Source: Podarcis filfolensis (taxonomy: Eukaryota). From it: a stretch of DNA of 64,000 nucleotides. Shown piece by piece: positions 62,396-64,000 of the stretch (within the stretch, counting starts at the first letter, position 1; the number at the start of each line of letters is the position of its first letter). The DNA lies in the NCBI GenBank assembly GCA_964270895.1, contig OZ185435.1; one strand, written 5' to 3'. Made by a program: the position numbers and the translations under genes. The notes beneath the pieces are model-generated. The model had not been told where the DNA came from. It saw only the letters and a list, made by a program, of their open reading frames with translations, and did not search any database.

Positions 62396-64000
62396 AAGCA
62401 GAAGGTGCATTGGAATCACACCTGGAATACTGTCAAACATATTTGCAACTGTCCTTTTAGACCCATGTAGCAATAACCCGGACACCCACTTTCCTGTCCA
62501 CTTGTGGCAGCCCCTCTGGCTTCAGCTTAATCCATGCCAGTGCTTTCTCAAGACACTGCCATGGTGCTCCAAGAGATTTCTTTAAAAGGGGCCTCCCACT
62601 GCATGCCGTTCTTTTTAGTGAAAATTCCCCTCTCTCCCTCCTAAGCAGTATGAATTATTTTATTGAAAACAAATGCCGCCTCCCAAAATTGAATGAGGCC
62701 AGTTTCTATATTAATTTTTAATCTGGGCACAGCTCATAAATCCCTCCCTAATAATGCTCTGTCATTGCTAGCAGCAGGTGCCTCGCAGCAGGGGGAAGCA
62801 TGTGGAGTCATCATTTGAAAAGGAGCTGCTGCCTCCCTCCTTTGGGTTTTTATTCACCCTGGTCTGAATAAAGAAAGAGAAATCAGATTTGGACACCCCT
62901 AATAAACGAATCACCTTGATCTTACAGACAGAGGGCTTGTGAAAATTTTATGGAGTTTTCTTTGGGGACAAAAATAGAAAAAGAAAAGAATCAGATTGTT
63001 TTATACTCGTTGCTTGCATCCAAATTCTAAATTTATATAAGATACTGTTAGTCTGTGTTTTTGTAACACAGAGACATCTGGTACATTGTTATAGAAGATT
63101 TCATTAGCTTGCTCATCTCAGTTCAGCATTAAAATATCTTACGCCTGTTCATGCCAGACCCTCTCAGTGTCCCTATTTTCCAGGGACAGTCCTGGATTTA
63201 TAGAAGCTGTCGCAGTTTCTGATTTGATCCTAGAATGTCTCACTTATCCTTAGGCTGTCCCTATTTTCATTGGAGAAATGTTGGATGGTATGCCATGCCA
63301 ATCACCCCCACCCTGCTTTTTTTGCACTTTGGGATGGTGGTGTTGAAATTTCCAGAACAGCAAACCACTTGCATAATTGGCTAACAATAGAGAGACACTA
63401 CCCATGGGATATTTTCACTGTGTGCTGGGCCAGAACATCCCTAGATTTGCTTCAAGCCATCTCTAAAACTGGGCCGATGTAAGCTTCTTACACTGTTTGA
63501 TCCTCTGAACAGAGACTCAGAAGACCAAGCCCATTGCAAGGAACCAAAAGTTATATGTCAAATGAGCTGTGATCATCCAAATAGTTGACATAGGTCCAGG
63601 CAAACTCCTTCTGAAGCTCCTGTGCCTGTGTGGAAACTTTCTCTGTGCATCCCTTTTCAATTCCCTCCTGGTTCTGGGAGACAGTGGTGGAGGAGAGGGA
63701 TACAGTCCTTCTCTTGCCCGACCTGCTTCTTTCTCCTCCTCTTCTTACCCATCCTGTGCTCCACCTTCCAACTCTGAAGTTTCCCCTGCCTCTCATTCTT
63801 GCCTCCTGGCTGGTACAGCTTCCCACAAACCACTGATACCCTCTCCAGAGTCAGACTCCAGCCCCCTTGTTCCCCACGCACACTCTTCAGCTGCCTGGCA
63901 GTCCCCAGTATGGCTTGATCTGCATCTTCACAACTCTTCTTAAGGGGAAAGGATAGAATTCAGCAAAGGGGTCAAGGCCCTGGACTTGACCTAGCGCCCA

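Noticed and set aside
63551-63943. Ser/Pro-rich 124-aa ORF and overlapping ORFs as a TRAF6 exon or another gene
   Set aside because: No TRAF/MATH, RING or other recognisable motif; composition reflects a pyrimidine-rich low-complexity tract.
384-63943. The remaining 60-160-aa ORF-track entries
   Set aside because: They have no recognisable domains, often start at non-ATG codons, overlap repeats or microsatellites, and are of the length expected by chance in 64 kb; only those overlapping PRR5L exons 6-8 and the LINE fragments are meaningful.

Overview
Eukaryotic (vertebrate) genomic DNA, almost certainly from a squamate reptile; the repeat content (Sauria SINE, Squam3-like SINE, BovB, AAT-tailed L2, CR1, lizard-type L1) fits a lizard, possibly a lacertid, but the species cannot be fixed from sequence alone. 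One host gene is present: PRR5L (Protor-2, an mTORC2-associated HbrB-domain protein) on the + strand. Its eight coding exons (13938-14107, 16209-16289, 20357-20405, 32210-32267, 36407-36498, 42087-42227, 44066-44192, 58376-58758) splice in frame to 1101 nt = 366 aa + stop, and intron 4 has a non-canonical GC donor. Deduced protein: MTKDSTLAPALAFQFQKMGSFRRPRPRFMSSPVLTDLPRFLAARQSLQLSSNSAWNSVQTAVINVFKGGGLQNNELYILNENVRRLLKSELGSFITDYFQNQLLSKGLLFMEEKVKLCEEENRIDILSELWDHFFTETLPTLQAIFYPVQGQELTIRQIALLGFRDLVLLRVNLDEILPRVQTKLPPSIVQMLLILQGVHEPTGPSKAFMQLEELVKLVVSPYLGLCEEHCFPGSTCALERRYHRPRAKPNGLSFSSHAVADRQVSETALTPLTEQEGEAYLEKCGNIRRHTVANAHSDIQLLAMASIMHSGMVVEEPDSGDTCLLLQPSLNHRQCSSEPTIVDGPEGLGTASMQEPTELNCTSVC. 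The rest is intronic, UTR or flanking sequence containing truncated LINEs, SINEs, two solo LTRs, many MITEs and microsatellites. I found no evidence of a new protein-coding system. The best leads are non-coding: a TA-flanked MITE family carrying tandem 108-bp units that each fold into an ~85-nt hairpin (one copy in the probable 3' UTR), a degenerate Penelope-type hammerhead ribozyme in intron 7, an inverted pair of solo LTRs with CCAAT-box repeats just upstream of the first coding exon, and the GC-AG intron. Family names for repeats come from recalled consensus features, not from a database search.
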